A stretch of 64,000 bases of DNA from a virus, in IMG/VR virus record IMGVR_UViG_3300013093_000040, positions 6,519 through 70,518 of that record. The stretch is one strand, 5' to 3'. The notes below the pieces were generated by a model that did no database searches, was not told the origin of the DNA, and saw only the letters and a list, made by a program, of their open reading frames with translations. A program made the translations under genes and the position numbers. Position 1 is the first letter of the stretch. Each line of letters opens with the position of its first letter. Below are positions 27,980 through 37,657 of this stretch, in pieces.

Positions 27980-28211
27980 CTTTTTTTTCTTCTATTAATG
28001 GTGTTTCTAAAATTGGAGTGGATTCGACCTCTATTTCCAGCTCCTGTATCCTTTCACAGAAATACAGAATTCCGTCATTTTTAAAGACATGATCGCTACC
28101 GGTGAATTCTTTGACACCGTCCACGTTTTTGATTGTCTCTTCTCTGTAGGTTTTTTTAACCAAAAAAAGACTATCGTTTACTCTTATAAAATTTTTTACA
28201 ATCGAAAACAT
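27972..28211 (-). CDS. Hypothetical protein
   Basis: 79-aa ORF overlapping the groES start. Confidence 0.6.
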   Translation of the reverse strand: MFSIVKNFIRVNDSLFLVKKTYREETIKNVDGVKEFTGSDHVFKNDGILYFCERIQELEIEVESTPILETPLIEEKKDE

Positions 28212-28229
28212 AACCGTTACTTGATGGGC
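28212..28229. repeat. 18-nt inverted repeat, downstream-of-hsp20 copy
   Basis: AACCGTTACTTGATGGGC is the reverse complement (17/18) of 28736-28753. Confidence 0.85.
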
Positions 28230-28238
28230 GAATTTAAA

Positions 28239-28673
28239 TTACCCCTTTAGGAGTTGTTTTGGAGTTTTAATGTCTATTTTCTTTACGTTTGGCTCTTTAG
28301 GCTCCGCCAATGGAAGAACCAATTTTAAAAGTCCCTTATCAAGGGAAGCTTCAAGTTTACCAAGATCAAATTTTGGGGCTATTTTCCAACCCAAATCGAA
28401 TGAAGATTTTTTGATTCCCTTGTAGTGATAAGATTTTTCTTCCACTAGGGGTTTTTTATATCTGATGTGAAGTTGATCGCCATTAACTAATATTTCTATG
28501 TCGTCCTTTTCCAATCCAACTGCCGCGATCTCTAAAACAAGTCCGTCTTCAGACTCGTAAATGTCAGTCGGGTGAGAAATTTTTTGTGCGATCGAAGAAA
28601 AGTGAGAATCCAATTCAAATAGGTCCCTCCACAATAAATCAAAAGGACCCAAATCCAATGCTCTAATGGTCAT
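28239..28673 (-). CDS. Small heat-shock protein (Hsp20 / alpha-crystallin)
   Basis: PTDIYE, A.VGL.K.DI.I and ASLDKGLL.L motifs. Confidence 0.9.
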   Translation of the reverse strand: MTIRALDLGPFDLLWRDLFELDSHFSSIAQKISHPTDIYESEDGLVLEIAAVGLEKDDIEILVNGDQLHIRYKKPLVEEKSYHYKGIKKSSFDLGWKIAPKFDLGKLEASLDKGLLKLVLPLAEPKEPNVKKIDIKTPKQLLKG

Positions 28674-28735
28674 GGTTGTTAAGTTTTGTGTTCCCTGTCG
28701 GTGAACGGTTAAATAATTATTTTTCGTAACCTTCG

Positions 28736-28753
28736 GCCCATCAAGTACCGGTT
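28736..28753. repeat. 18-nt inverted repeat, upstream-of-hsp20 copy
   Basis: GCCCATCAAGTACCGGTT. Confidence 0.85.
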
Positions 28754-28816
28754 TTTATTCAATTATAAATATATAAAGTTGACAATCCAAAAAGAAATTT
28801 ATTTTTCAAGTTACAT

Positions 28817-28847
28817 AAAAAAAGGAGCTTTTTTGCTCCCCTTTTTT
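28817..28847. terminator. Bidirectional-type terminator
   Basis: A7-GGAGC-loop-GCTCC-T run. Confidence 0.75.
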
Positions 28848-28869
28848 GTAAACCTTGCGATTAATTATT

Positions 28870-29733
28870 TTAGTATCTATTTCCGCAGTGCGGGCAGAAT
28901 TTGTGAGATTCTTTTTTCTTTTTTGCCCCGCACTCAACGCAAAAAACAGAATTTAATTCATCGGCTGTGATTTTTTTCTGGGAAATTGGTAAAATTTTCC
29001 AAGTTGTAACGCAACGCGCATACAAATTGAACTCTCGACTCGACTGGCTAAATTGTTGACCGGAAATACTTCCCTTTTCCACAGTGCCTGTTTCTACGGT
29101 TTTTTGTCTCATAAGACCGTCTTCCGTAGATGATTTACTCCTTGCTTTACCCAGAGCGTATCCGTTCTGATTATAACCTAAGACGTTAGTAGAAGCATTA
29201 CCAACTGAAATTGTGCTTGTGAGAGTACTATTAAGTGGGTTTTTATAAGACACATCTAAATTTAAAGTACTACCACCAGAAGTACTATAGAAAAAATCAT
29301 TGGTGTAGCTTGGGTTAACTCCATTTAAATAATTGTGGAACACCCAAGGTGTGGATTGATTGTTGGGAGCTGCGTAATACGTTTCCTCATCGTAAAACTC
29401 TATTTGCAGTGCGTCGTTATTTAAGATGGCCCCATGAGCGACTGCGTCTTGTCCCACTTCATAAGTTTTAAAGACAAATTTTTTGTTGTCATCCAAGTAC
29501 CTTTCTAGAAAAACCCTTTCACCAGGACGTACAACTATTCCACCGCCTGAAATGTATTTACCTTCTAGTTTAATTTTTGCCAATACGTGGGTTGAAAGGG
29601 GATTAAAAAGTTCTATTTCGAACTCTTCGTTGTTCGATAGATAGACCATATCACCGAACTGTTTTACTCTTTGCTTACGTTTTGTTACGTACGCCATTGG
29701 ATTGTAGAAATCCAGTTTGTTTGTTTCTTTCAT
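28870..29733 (-). CDS. Hypothetical protein with C-terminal double zinc ribbon
   Basis: CVECG...FCPHCG motif. Confidence 0.7.
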   Translation of the reverse strand: MKETNKLDFYNPMAYVTKRKQRVKQFGDMVYLSNNEEFEIELFNPLSTHVLAKIKLEGKYISGGGIVVRPGERVFLERYLDDNKKFVFKTYEVGQDAVAHGAILNNDALQIEFYDEETYYAAPNNQSTPWVFHNYLNGVNPSYTNDFFYSTSGGSTLNLDVSYKNPLNSTLTSTISVGNASTNVLGYNQNGYALGKARSKSSTEDGLMRQKTVETGTVEKGSISGQQFSQSSREFNLYARCVTTWKILPISQKKITADELNSVFCVECGAKKKKESHKFCPHCGNRY

Positions 29734-29854
29734 TTTTTGTTTCCTTATTTTAGTTTGTTATATAATTCTCTATTCGTTGGTTGTTTACTCCAACTCGAAT
29801 GCTTAAATAGCACTAGAGCATTAATCACAAGGTTTTACGTCTATAAATATACAG

Positions 29855-32155
29855 TTAGTGACCCTCTTTCCAATTTTTTGCTATTGATGGTACTGCAAAT
29901 AAAGGCACATTTAATTTTGTGGTATTTTCCATACAATCTTGAACTATTTTGGCCGCTTCTTCTCGTCTATCGTATTCAACTTCGCATATTATCTGGTCAT
30001 GAACTTGGGCGCACACCCAACCATTTATACCAACTGATTTAAATCTTCTATTAATCGCTAGGGCAGCCCGATTAACTATAGAAGCCGATAGGCCCTGTAT
30101 CTGTACATTTTTTGCGTTATTAAGACCGTTAACAAAATCCCTAGAAATATTTTTAATTGCTTGTTCGCCGTGACTGTAAGAGAGCTGTTTTTTGATGTTG
30201 TAATCAAGCATTGTATCCCCAATTTGTTCGTAAATGGCTTTAACTTTTGGTAAATGCCTTATTCTACCCACTTGAGTTTTTATGTAACCCAAAGTTCTAG
30301 CATCATTTTCAGATCTCCTCATCCACTTCTCAAGTTCTGGAAATCCTTTTAGGTAACTATCGACCAATTTTTTTGCTTCTTTGGTTGAAATTTCCAAATT
30401 CTTACCCAAAGCGTACGCTCCCATTCCGTAAGGTATTCCAAGAGCGTACGCTTTTGCTTTATTTCTTACTTTTGGTTTGTGCTTCCTTAAAAAGTTATCA
30501 GCCTTTTTATCGGGAGAATAATCGTACAATTTTTCGGTTTGAATTGCAATGGTTGAATAAAAATCCCAACCGTTCTTAAAAATGTCCATCAATCCATTGT
30601 CTCCGGATACGTGGGCAAAAACGCTTGGTTCAAGAGAAGCATAATCATCGTCTATGAATATATTGTGTTCGTCAGGAATGAAGAATGTTCTCACACGATT
30701 GTTGAATTCTATCACTATGGGATCTTCATCACCGTCCTCTTTAGGTCTTGGTAACTGCTGTGCATCTGACCCGTATCTTCCGGAAACTGTTCCATGTTGT
30801 TTGTAATAAAAATAGTATCTACCGTTTTCTTCTCCCTCTAAAAATCTTTCTATGTAAGTGGATTTAATTTTTAATAACTTATTATAAATTCTTAAATTTT
30901 TTGCCCACTCTTCTGTATCACCTATAATTTGTATCATGTCATCATCAAACTGGGGTTTTCCAGTTTTTGTAACAGATTTATATTTTATTCCAAGCGCGCC
31001 GAAGGCTATTTCACCCATCTGGTCTTTTGATTGTAAGTTAAACCATTGACCGTCGTTTGAATCTTTCCAAAGTTTTAATTGTACTTTTAAAATAGTGTCT
31101 TTATCCAGAATTTGAGGATCACCGTGCAATAAAAACTGTTTAAGCGAAGAATCTGGTATTCTTAATATGTTTGGATTAGTTATTGAATATTTGCCAGTGA
31201 CTGCTTTTGGAAATTCTATTTCCATTTGGTCTATTAGTTCGCATGCGAACGCACCCCTATTGCTCGCAGGAAACGCACCCGCAGCTTTTATCATGATCCA
31301 GTGTTTGACCTCTGAGTAACTCAATAACTGTTCTATGACCTTCTTCCTGTGCTCCTCAAGAGCCACGGACACTTCATCTCTGGTCTTTTTAATTAAATCC
31401 ATGTCCAATTTAACTCCCTTTTCCTCCATGGGTATAGTCACTTCTTTATAAAGAGGCATCACTTCGTCTATGAAAAAAAATTCTTCCAATCCCTGTTCTT
31501 TTAAATCCTTCGCAAAGTGATTGTATATTCTTAACGTCAAATCAGTATCTGCAGCTGCGTATTCAGAAAGTATTTCTATGTCCGCTTTCCAAATTTCGTA
31601 ACTAGCCCTTGTAACAGTACCCCCATTCTTTTTTATGGATTCTTTAAGAGCAATTTGCTCTTCATTTGCAGCTTTATCCACATCCAAACCTAGCTCTGAC
31701 TGTATCATTTTAGCTATGCTTTTCAAAGCAAATGGGGCGTTTGTACCAAATCCTGCCCCCTCTTCATTTACTGTGTGAACAAGGAGCATCGTGTCAGCAT
31801 GCAAAGACGGTAACAAATCTACATTAAAATAATTTTTGATAAATCGAGTATCGAAAGAGGCATTATGCGCGATCAGTTTTTTTCCAATCAGCATTGTCAA
31901 AAGCTTCACAGATATATCGTAAGCTTTTTTCCCCTCTATATAAGAATCCTTTAATTCTCCGTCCGAATAGTACTTCGTGGGTAAATAATAACCATTTCCA
32001 GGGTCGCCTGAAATTGACCACCCTATGATTTCTCCCTTTCTTGGATTTAGGGATGTGGTCTCAGTATCGAAAGCGATAAGATCGTGCTCAGTTATGTGAT
32101 GAGCCATCTCAATAACCAATTGCTTGGTATTAACAAGTGCGTAACTCTTTTCCAT
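29855..32155 (-). CDS. polA: DNA polymerase family A with 3'-5' exonuclease
   Basis: DTET, HNASFD, TVSGRY, DYASLE, K...LGIPYG and QVHDQ motifs. Confidence 0.95.
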   Translation of the reverse strand: MEKSYALVNTKQLVIEMAHHITEHDLIAFDTETTSLNPRKGEIIGWSISGDPGNGYYLPTKYYSDGELKDSYIEGKKAYDISVKLLTMLIGKKLIAHNASFDTRFIKNYFNVDLLPSLHADTMLLVHTVNEEGAGFGTNAPFALKSIAKMIQSELGLDVDKAANEEQIALKESIKKNGGTVTRASYEIWKADIEILSEYAAADTDLTLRIYNHFAKDLKEQGLEEFFFIDEVMPLYKEVTIPMEEKGVKLDMDLIKKTRDEVSVALEEHRKKVIEQLLSYSEVKHWIMIKAAGAFPASNRGAFACELIDQMEIEFPKAVTGKYSITNPNILRIPDSSLKQFLLHGDPQILDKDTILKVQLKLWKDSNDGQWFNLQSKDQMGEIAFGALGIKYKSVTKTGKPQFDDDMIQIIGDTEEWAKNLRIYNKLLKIKSTYIERFLEGEENGRYYFYYKQHGTVSGRYGSDAQQLPRPKEDGDEDPIVIEFNNRVRTFFIPDEHNIFIDDDYASLEPSVFAHVSGDNGLMDIFKNGWDFYSTIAIQTEKLYDYSPDKKADNFLRKHKPKVRNKAKAYALGIPYGMGAYALGKNLEISTKEAKKLVDSYLKGFPELEKWMRRSENDARTLGYIKTQVGRIRHLPKVKAIYEQIGDTMLDYNIKKQLSYSHGEQAIKNISRDFVNGLNNAKNVQIQGLSASIVNRAALAINRRFKSVGINGWVCAQVHDQIICEVEYDRREEAAKIVQDCMENTTKLNVPLFAVPSIAKNWKEGH

Positions 32156-32164
32156 TAATATAAC

Positions 32165-32350
32165 TCAATTTCCAGATTTGTAAGGAAACTTTTGATTTAA
32201 TTTATCTCTTCTTCTTTCACAACCGCAATCTTGAATTCCAAAAATCCCTAAAAATTTTTTAAAAGCTTTATCAATTCCAGTTAATGATGTAAATCTTGCG
32301 ATAGAATCTCCCAAACCACTAAAATCATTATTCCTTTTTTTGTGCGTCAT
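32165..32350 (-). CDS. Small hypothetical phage protein
   Basis: GLGDSI...TGI...CGCERRRDKLN motif. Confidence 0.6.
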   Translation of the reverse strand: MTHKKRNNDFSGLGDSIARFTSLTGIDKAFKKFLGIFGIQDCGCERRRDKLNQKFPYKSGN

Positions 32351-32531
32351 CTTCCTGTTTTTTTGTCATCATGATGCTTGTCAGGGTTCTTGATGTAATC
32401 ACTGAAAAAATAGAAATCTGTTCCCAAAGTTTTGAAATTTCTTTGTGTGCCCTAACAATCATTCCGTGTTGGTACACTTGAATGATTAATAACAAAGCAA
32501 TTATCAATAAATAAAAATGTTCTACTGTCAT
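32328..32531 (-). CDS. Small membrane protein
   Basis: N-terminal hydrophobic helix. Confidence 0.5.
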   Translation of the reverse strand: MTVEHFYLLIIALLLIIQVYQHGMIVRAHKEISKLWEQISIFSVITSRTLTSIMMTKKQEDDAQKKE

Positions 32532-32583
32532 GTATTAAATTTATTTAAAAATTCATTAACTTTAAAATTTAATTTGTAAGTAA

Positions 32584-33582
32584 CTATTCGCAAGACACAC
32601 AGTAGTTAAAATTTTTTGCAAAAGTACTTGCTGCGCTGGTATTGTGTTGATAGTAAAGGGATTTTATACCCATGCTGTGGGCCAAAAGCATAAGTTCGTT
32701 TACTTCTTTAGCCTTTGTGTCTGCCGTAATAAATAAATTTAAAGATTGTCCTTGATCTATGTATTTTTGTCTTTGAGCTGCTTGTACAATGATTTCTGTT
32801 TGAGAAATTTCCCTAGCGGTTTTAAACACCATTTTTTCGGCTTCTGTCAAAAAATCCAAGTGAAGAACACTGCCCTGTTGTTTTTGTATGCTTTCCCAAA
32901 TTTCTTCAGTATTCTTTCCCTTTGACTCAAGCAGTTTTTCCAAAAAAACGTTTTTGATCACAAATTTTCCCTTTGATAAATCTTTGATCATATAGTTGCT
33001 CATCCATGGTTCTATACCTTGAGAAACTTGCATAATGAAAGACGAAGATGTGGTTGGTGCGATTGCTTGGGTGGTAGTATTTCTTCTTCCCAAACCTTTT
33101 GTCATTTCGCACTCTCCAAATAAATCCGCCAATTTTTTAGAAGCTGCCAAAGAATTTTCTTGTATGTTTCTTTGAATTTCTAAATTTATTTCTCTTGCTT
33201 GTAAACTTTCAAAAGGAATCATTTTACTCTGTAAAAGAGAATGGTACCCTAAACGACCTATTCCTAAAGCTCTGTGCTTTATAGCAAAGTTAGCCGATCT
33301 TTCTAAAAATTTTATTTTTGATGCCTTCTCTATGAATTCTGTCATAGCCGCATCAAGTAAAAAAGTAATTACTTCAACACAATCTGTGTCCTTCCAATCT
33401 TCGTAATAAAAATCATTTAACGAACCCAAATCGCACACAAAAGAATTGTCTACGTCAGAGGGAAGCATGATTTCCGTACAATTGTGTACTAATATATCAT
33501 TAGCATAGAAATTATGATTTTTTTCAACAGTAATATCATAAACTGGTATTTTTATTTTTTCTTTTCTTATTTTTAATCCCAT
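32584..33582 (-). CDS. nrdA: Ribonucleotide reductase alpha, C-terminal piece with split IntC (33481-33582, 34 aa)
   Basis: VYDITV...HN|CTEI junction; RALGIG, APTTSS, DQGQSLN and KSLYY motifs; terminal CVSCE. Confidence 0.93.
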   Translation of the reverse strand: MGLKIRKEKIKIPVYDITVEKNHNFYANDILVHNCTEIMLPSDVDNSFVCDLGSLNDFYYEDWKDTDCVEVITFLLDAAMTEFIEKASKIKFLERSANFAIKHRALGIGRLGYHSLLQSKMIPFESLQAREINLEIQRNIQENSLAASKKLADLFGECEMTKGLGRRNTTTQAIAPTTSSSFIMQVSQGIEPWMSNYMIKDLSKGKFVIKNVFLEKLLESKGKNTEEIWESIQKQQGSVLHLDFLTEAEKMVFKTAREISQTEIIVQAAQRQKYIDQGQSLNLFITADTKAKEVNELMLLAHSMGIKSLYYQHNTSAASTFAKNFNYCVSCE

Positions 33583-33609
33583 TTTAATTTAAAATTTGAT
33601 TTATGTTAG

Positions 33610-34659
33610 TTAATGGTTTTTTAAGTATATAAATCTTATGTTGTTTAATTTACAATACTCGATTGCTGAATCAATTTTAATTTGCTCATTTTCCTTTCCA
33701 CTTTTACCTCTTATAAATCCTTTAATTTCCAATAGAATTAGTTCATTGTTTATCAAAATTAAAAAATCTGGTAAGTATGTTTTGCCATCTAATCTTCTTA
33801 TATAGAAAGGTTCATACTCATACTGTATTTTATTGTTCTCCAAAAAATTTATAGTTGATAACTCCCAAGAACTTCTATAACGAATCAATGTTTTATTTTT
33901 GCAATGTTTCACTTTTATGTAACCAGTTTTGAAAAATTTAGTCTGACCCATATTTTCATTTCTAGTCATTGCAACAGTACTTATAATGCTCGCCGTCTCT
34001 GATGAAATAGAAACGTAATTAGTTTCATCAATTTCTACGTTTTCATACTTTTTAACAAAATCAGAGTGCAAAAGTTCGTTTGGATACTTTTTACTAACCA
34101 TGAATTTTTTTATGCAAGAAATTTTATATTTTGCACTTTTTCTTACATCAGATAGGTGTTTACCGTACAAATTAATCACTTCTTCAACATTCTTGCCATT
34201 TATGTCTATTCCATGATTAGTTAAATACGTTTTTTTAAATTCTAAACTTCTGTTATGCTCAGCAAGTTTGTCTTTATGACTTTGGCTTCTATTCTCATGA
34301 TACTTAGTAGACCACACCCTCATTTTATCTACCCAATCTTTTGTTTGTTTTTTTCCTCTTAGGGAACTTCCCTTCATGTAATTAACAAGATGTTTTTCCC
34401 ATACAAAGTATCCCTTTTTGCTCCAAATTTTAACACTGTTGTTTATAGAATATTTTTCCAAAAAAGTTTTATAATCTAATACGCCTTTATGCATTAAATA
34501 GTTTAGAGCTTTACACACCTGTAAATCATCTTGTATGCTACTCTTTAAATAATCTATTAAATCTTTGTTAAAACAACTATAAAATTCTTCACTTTTTAAT
34601 AAAGTAGATATCGATACTTTTTTGCGTCTTGATTTTTTCACTTGTCTTGATTTTTCCAT
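33610..34659 (-). mobile_element. Free-standing PD-(D/E)XK (TnsA-like) endonuclease between the nrdA halves
   Basis: YRSSWE...YEYEP...YLPDF...EIKG motifs. Confidence 0.8.
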
Positions 34660-34696
34660 TTATGATAAATATGAAAAAATCAAAGATGTGCACAGG

Positions 34697-35761
34697 CTAT
34701 TTAAGTATTTTTAAAATATCATCTTCTTTTAAGTCTTTGGCCATCACATATCCTCTATTTACAGTATATACTTGGTGTTCCGGTGTACAAATTATACTCT
34801 TTCCTGTTTCCTCATCTTCTATAGTCAATACTTCAGCTTCCTTATTCATCAAAGCTCCATTTAGGATTTTTGTGAATTCAACCTCGTCTGATTCTATACA
34901 ATATGATTTAACCAGTATCTCTTGTCCAGACTTGAATAACTCAATTGCAGTTTTTATATCAACTTTGTGTTGTTCTCCATCAAAAATAATAGTGACTATT
35001 GAATTCTCAGCAAGACACATTTGAGAAGCTTTTAAAACATTTTTACCCCTATAGACTTCGGGGGTCGATTCGTGATTGTTTGCATTATCAGTAAAAAATA
35101 TATAAGGAAGCCCAGTTTCAAATTTTTTCTGTATTACTTTCGCCCATAACTTTCTTTTACTGGCGTCTCCTGCTTTCATTTCTTCTATCCACTTGGTGGA
35201 AACGCAAACCCCCCAAGTAATGTGTTGTATTGGATCTCCCTCTGCACGAATATTTAACCACTCTTCTATGTCTGGATGTTCTATGTCTTGATACCCTGAA
35301 AAATACCCGCGTCTTACTGATCCTTGATTCATTGATTGCGAGCATGCTTGAAACAATTCCAAAAAAGCTTTAGAACCATTGCTATGACCATTATTCTTAA
35401 TCACGCTTCCTCGACCCCTTAAAGCTCCAAAATATCCAGAAGTTCCGCCTCCAAACTTACTCATGGTACCTATTTCCGCAACAGAACTAAGAATACTTTC
35501 TACGCTATCGCTTACATATACACCAAAGCAACTAATCGGTAATCCCCTATCGGTTCCAAAATTAGTCCAAATGGGAGTACTTAAACTTATCCAACCATTG
35601 GATATATATTTTTGTAATTTTTCGCTGTAACCAGGTACCTTTAAAATTTTCTCTGCTGAGTCTCCAATTATTTTTATTCTCTCTTGTACAGTTTGCCCAG
35701 GTAGAAGATAATCTTTTTCCAAAAAAGCTTTTGAATATTTATTTAACCATTTGATCTTCAT
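34697..35761 (-). CDS. nrdA: Ribonucleotide reductase alpha, N-terminal piece with split IntN (34700-35017, 106 aa)
   Basis: STPIWTNFG, PISCF, GGGTSG and RRG motifs; SQM|CLAENS...TPEH...AKDLKEDD then stop. Confidence 0.93.
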   Translation of the reverse strand: MKIKWLNKYSKAFLEKDYLLPGQTVQERIKIIGDSAEKILKVPGYSEKLQKYISNGWISLSTPIWTNFGTDRGLPISCFGVYVSDSVESILSSVAEIGTMSKFGGGTSGYFGALRGRGSVIKNNGHSNGSKAFLELFQACSQSMNQGSVRRGYFSGYQDIEHPDIEEWLNIRAEGDPIQHITWGVCVSTKWIEEMKAGDASKRKLWAKVIQKKFETGLPYIFFTDNANNHESTPEVYRGKNVLKASQMCLAENSIVTIIFDGEQHKVDIKTAIELFKSGQEILVKSYCIESDEVEFTKILNGALMNKEAEVLTIEDEETGKSIICTPEHQVYTVNRGYVMAKDLKEDDILKILK

Positions 35762-35786
35762 CTATGAATTAAAATTTGTTTTATTA

Positions 35787-36761
35787 TTAAAAAATGTCCG
35801 TTTCGGTGATAGATTGAGCCTTTTTTAAATAAGCAGTCGGAGTTTTATGAAAAAAATCAGTGTGAGTTTCAGAATCGCTTTCTACATCAAACCACTGTGA
35901 TTCTTTAATTAAATCTTTGTCTATTTCAAATATAGGTGTGGCTCCAATCATTTTTAGTGATTCGTTAAACCTATTTTTAGTGAATTCCAAAACTACAGTT
36001 TTCGGTAAAAAAGAAAGTTCTCCGAGCTCAAATATCCAATCAATTATTTTTTCTTCTGCTGCGTATGCTTTTTTACAAGCCCTTTCTATAGTTTTGTAAA
36101 AATCCTCATTGAACCAGTCAGAATTCTCCTTTTTAATTAAATTGATTATGTAAGCTCCGGCCATTGCATGAAGTTTTTCTTCTTTCATCGTTGCCGCGAT
36201 TACATTATCAATGCCTTTAAAAGTATTTTTTTGTTTATTAAATGATTTTAGTATGAAAAATTGACTGAAGAGAGAGCAATTTTCAACAAATAGGGAAAAT
36301 AGCGTTAGGGTAAGTGTATAAAGTTCTTTATTATTTGATCCCGCGTTTTTTAAGTACTTATTTAAATAATCTATTCTACCCTGAATGACTGGATTATAGA
36401 GTAACTCGTCAAATGCTGTGTTAAAACCCAATAATTCGAGTACATGACTATAAGCTCTACTATGTCTGACTTCTGATTCTCCAAAAGTATTTCCTAAAGC
36501 GTCGAATTCTGGTTTTGGAAATTGATTGTATAAATTGCTCCAAAATCTCTTAACATTTACCTCTATCTGCGAAACTGCTAACATAGCATTTTTTACAGCA
36601 TTTTTTTCTACCTTATTTAAATTAACTTTAAAATCTTGAACGTCGGAATCGTAAGAATACTCAGTATGAATCCAATAACTATGATTAATAGTGTCTACAA
36701 AATCGTACAACTCGGGGTATTCAAATGGTTTAAATGCTACCCTCTTATCAAAAATGGACAT
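35787..36761 (-). CDS. nrdB: Ribonucleotide reductase class I beta subunit
   Basis: KPFEYP, EVRHSRAY, EEKLH and TDFF motifs. Confidence 0.93.
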   Translation of the reverse strand: MSIFDKRVAFKPFEYPELYDFVDTINHSYWIHTEYSYDSDVQDFKVNLNKVEKNAVKNAMLAVSQIEVNVKRFWSNLYNQFPKPEFDALGNTFGESEVRHSRAYSHVLELLGFNTAFDELLYNPVIQGRIDYLNKYLKNAGSNNKELYTLTLTLFSLFVENCSLFSQFFILKSFNKQKNTFKGIDNVIAATMKEEKLHAMAGAYIINLIKKENSDWFNEDFYKTIERACKKAYAAEEKIIDWIFELGELSFLPKTVVLEFTKNRFNESLKMIGATPIFEIDKDLIKESQWFDVESDSETHTDFFHKTPTAYLKKAQSITETDIF

Positions 36762-36849
36762 TATTTAAATTTTAATGTTTTTAAGCAATAGGCAAGCCAT
36801 TAGAGTTACTAACTCTATTACGGACATGTAAATAAATTGTAATTTTTAA

Positions 36850-37065
36850 TTAAGCAGACGGAATCTTACTAGTATTATTATCGCTTGGAATGAATCCATT
36901 AGACAATTTAGAAAGAGTGGCTGTAGTAACTTTATTGTTATTTTGAACACTTGGGCCCCCTGCATTAGCGGCCGCAATTTTATCCGCATATTTATCGGGT
37001 ACAGCGGGTGGTCTAAAAGCGTCTCCCTTTGGGGACTTTTTAAATATATCTATTAGGAAACTCAT
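36850..37065 (-). CDS. Hypothetical protein
   Basis: ATG downstream of the TATTTAT motif (37084-37090). Confidence 0.55.
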   Translation of the reverse strand: MSFLIDIFKKSPKGDAFRPPAVPDKYADKIAAANAGGPSVQNNNKVTTATLSKLSNGFIPSDNNTSKIPSA

Positions 37066-37115
37066 GGTGTCTGTTTTGTTCTAATAAATATGACCCTTTA
37101 AGATAAAATTGATTG

Positions 37116-37613
37116 CTACTTTCCGATCAATTGAACAAATTTTTCGTTTAAATAGCTCTTTTCGTCTTGGGTAAACGAAGATTTGTTTATCATTTGGGGT
37201 TTACGATCAAAATTTTGGCCCGTATCGAATGTCAATTCTTCTTCACCCATTTCGTCATTACTCAATTCTATTTTCCCGTATCCGGTATTAACTTTTGCGT
37301 TGTACGTCATACCGTCTCCACCGTACCTGTTTTTCATTATGTGGATCCTGCCCGTGCCGTTGACCTTGTCCTGCCGCTTTCTTGACAAGGACATGGCAAA
37401 GTCCGCAATCATCATCTTGTTGTAGGATCCTGCAGCTTTGTCTCCCTCAATAACATCGTTATGGGCTCCAGAATTATGGCTGTACACTCCATTTGCAAAA
37501 AACATGTGGGTGTCTTCCACTGTTATGTCCACAGTGTCTGTGTACCCTATCAACTCTATGCTCTCTATCTCTGAAAGATCAAAGTCTTTCGAATTCAGTT
37601 CGTGTTTATTCAT
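37116..37613 (-). CDS. DnaB/gp41 helicase piece 3: IntC-2 (37473-37613, 47 aa) plus C-extein (118 aa)
   Basis: DITVEDTHMFFANGVYSHN|SG junction; ADF..L.R and KNRYG motifs. Confidence 0.9.
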   Translation of the reverse strand: MNKHELNSKDFDLSEIESIELIGYTDTVDITVEDTHMFFANGVYSHNSGAHNDVIEGDKAAGSYNKMMIADFAMSLSRKRQDKVNGTGRIHIMKNRYGGDGMTYNAKVNTGYGKIELSNDEMGEEELTFDTGQNFDRKPQMINKSSFTQDEKSYLNEKFVQLIGK

Positions 37614-37657
37614 TTTCTTTTTTTATAAAGTTTTTACATTTGTTTAATATAGTATCT

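Noticed and set aside
33583-34699. The nrdA intein being one contiguous endonuclease-containing intein broken by errors
   Set aside because: There are two separate breaks, the endonuclease has its own promoter motif and ATG, and the IntC starts MGLKI like known split IntC fragments. A read check is still advisable.
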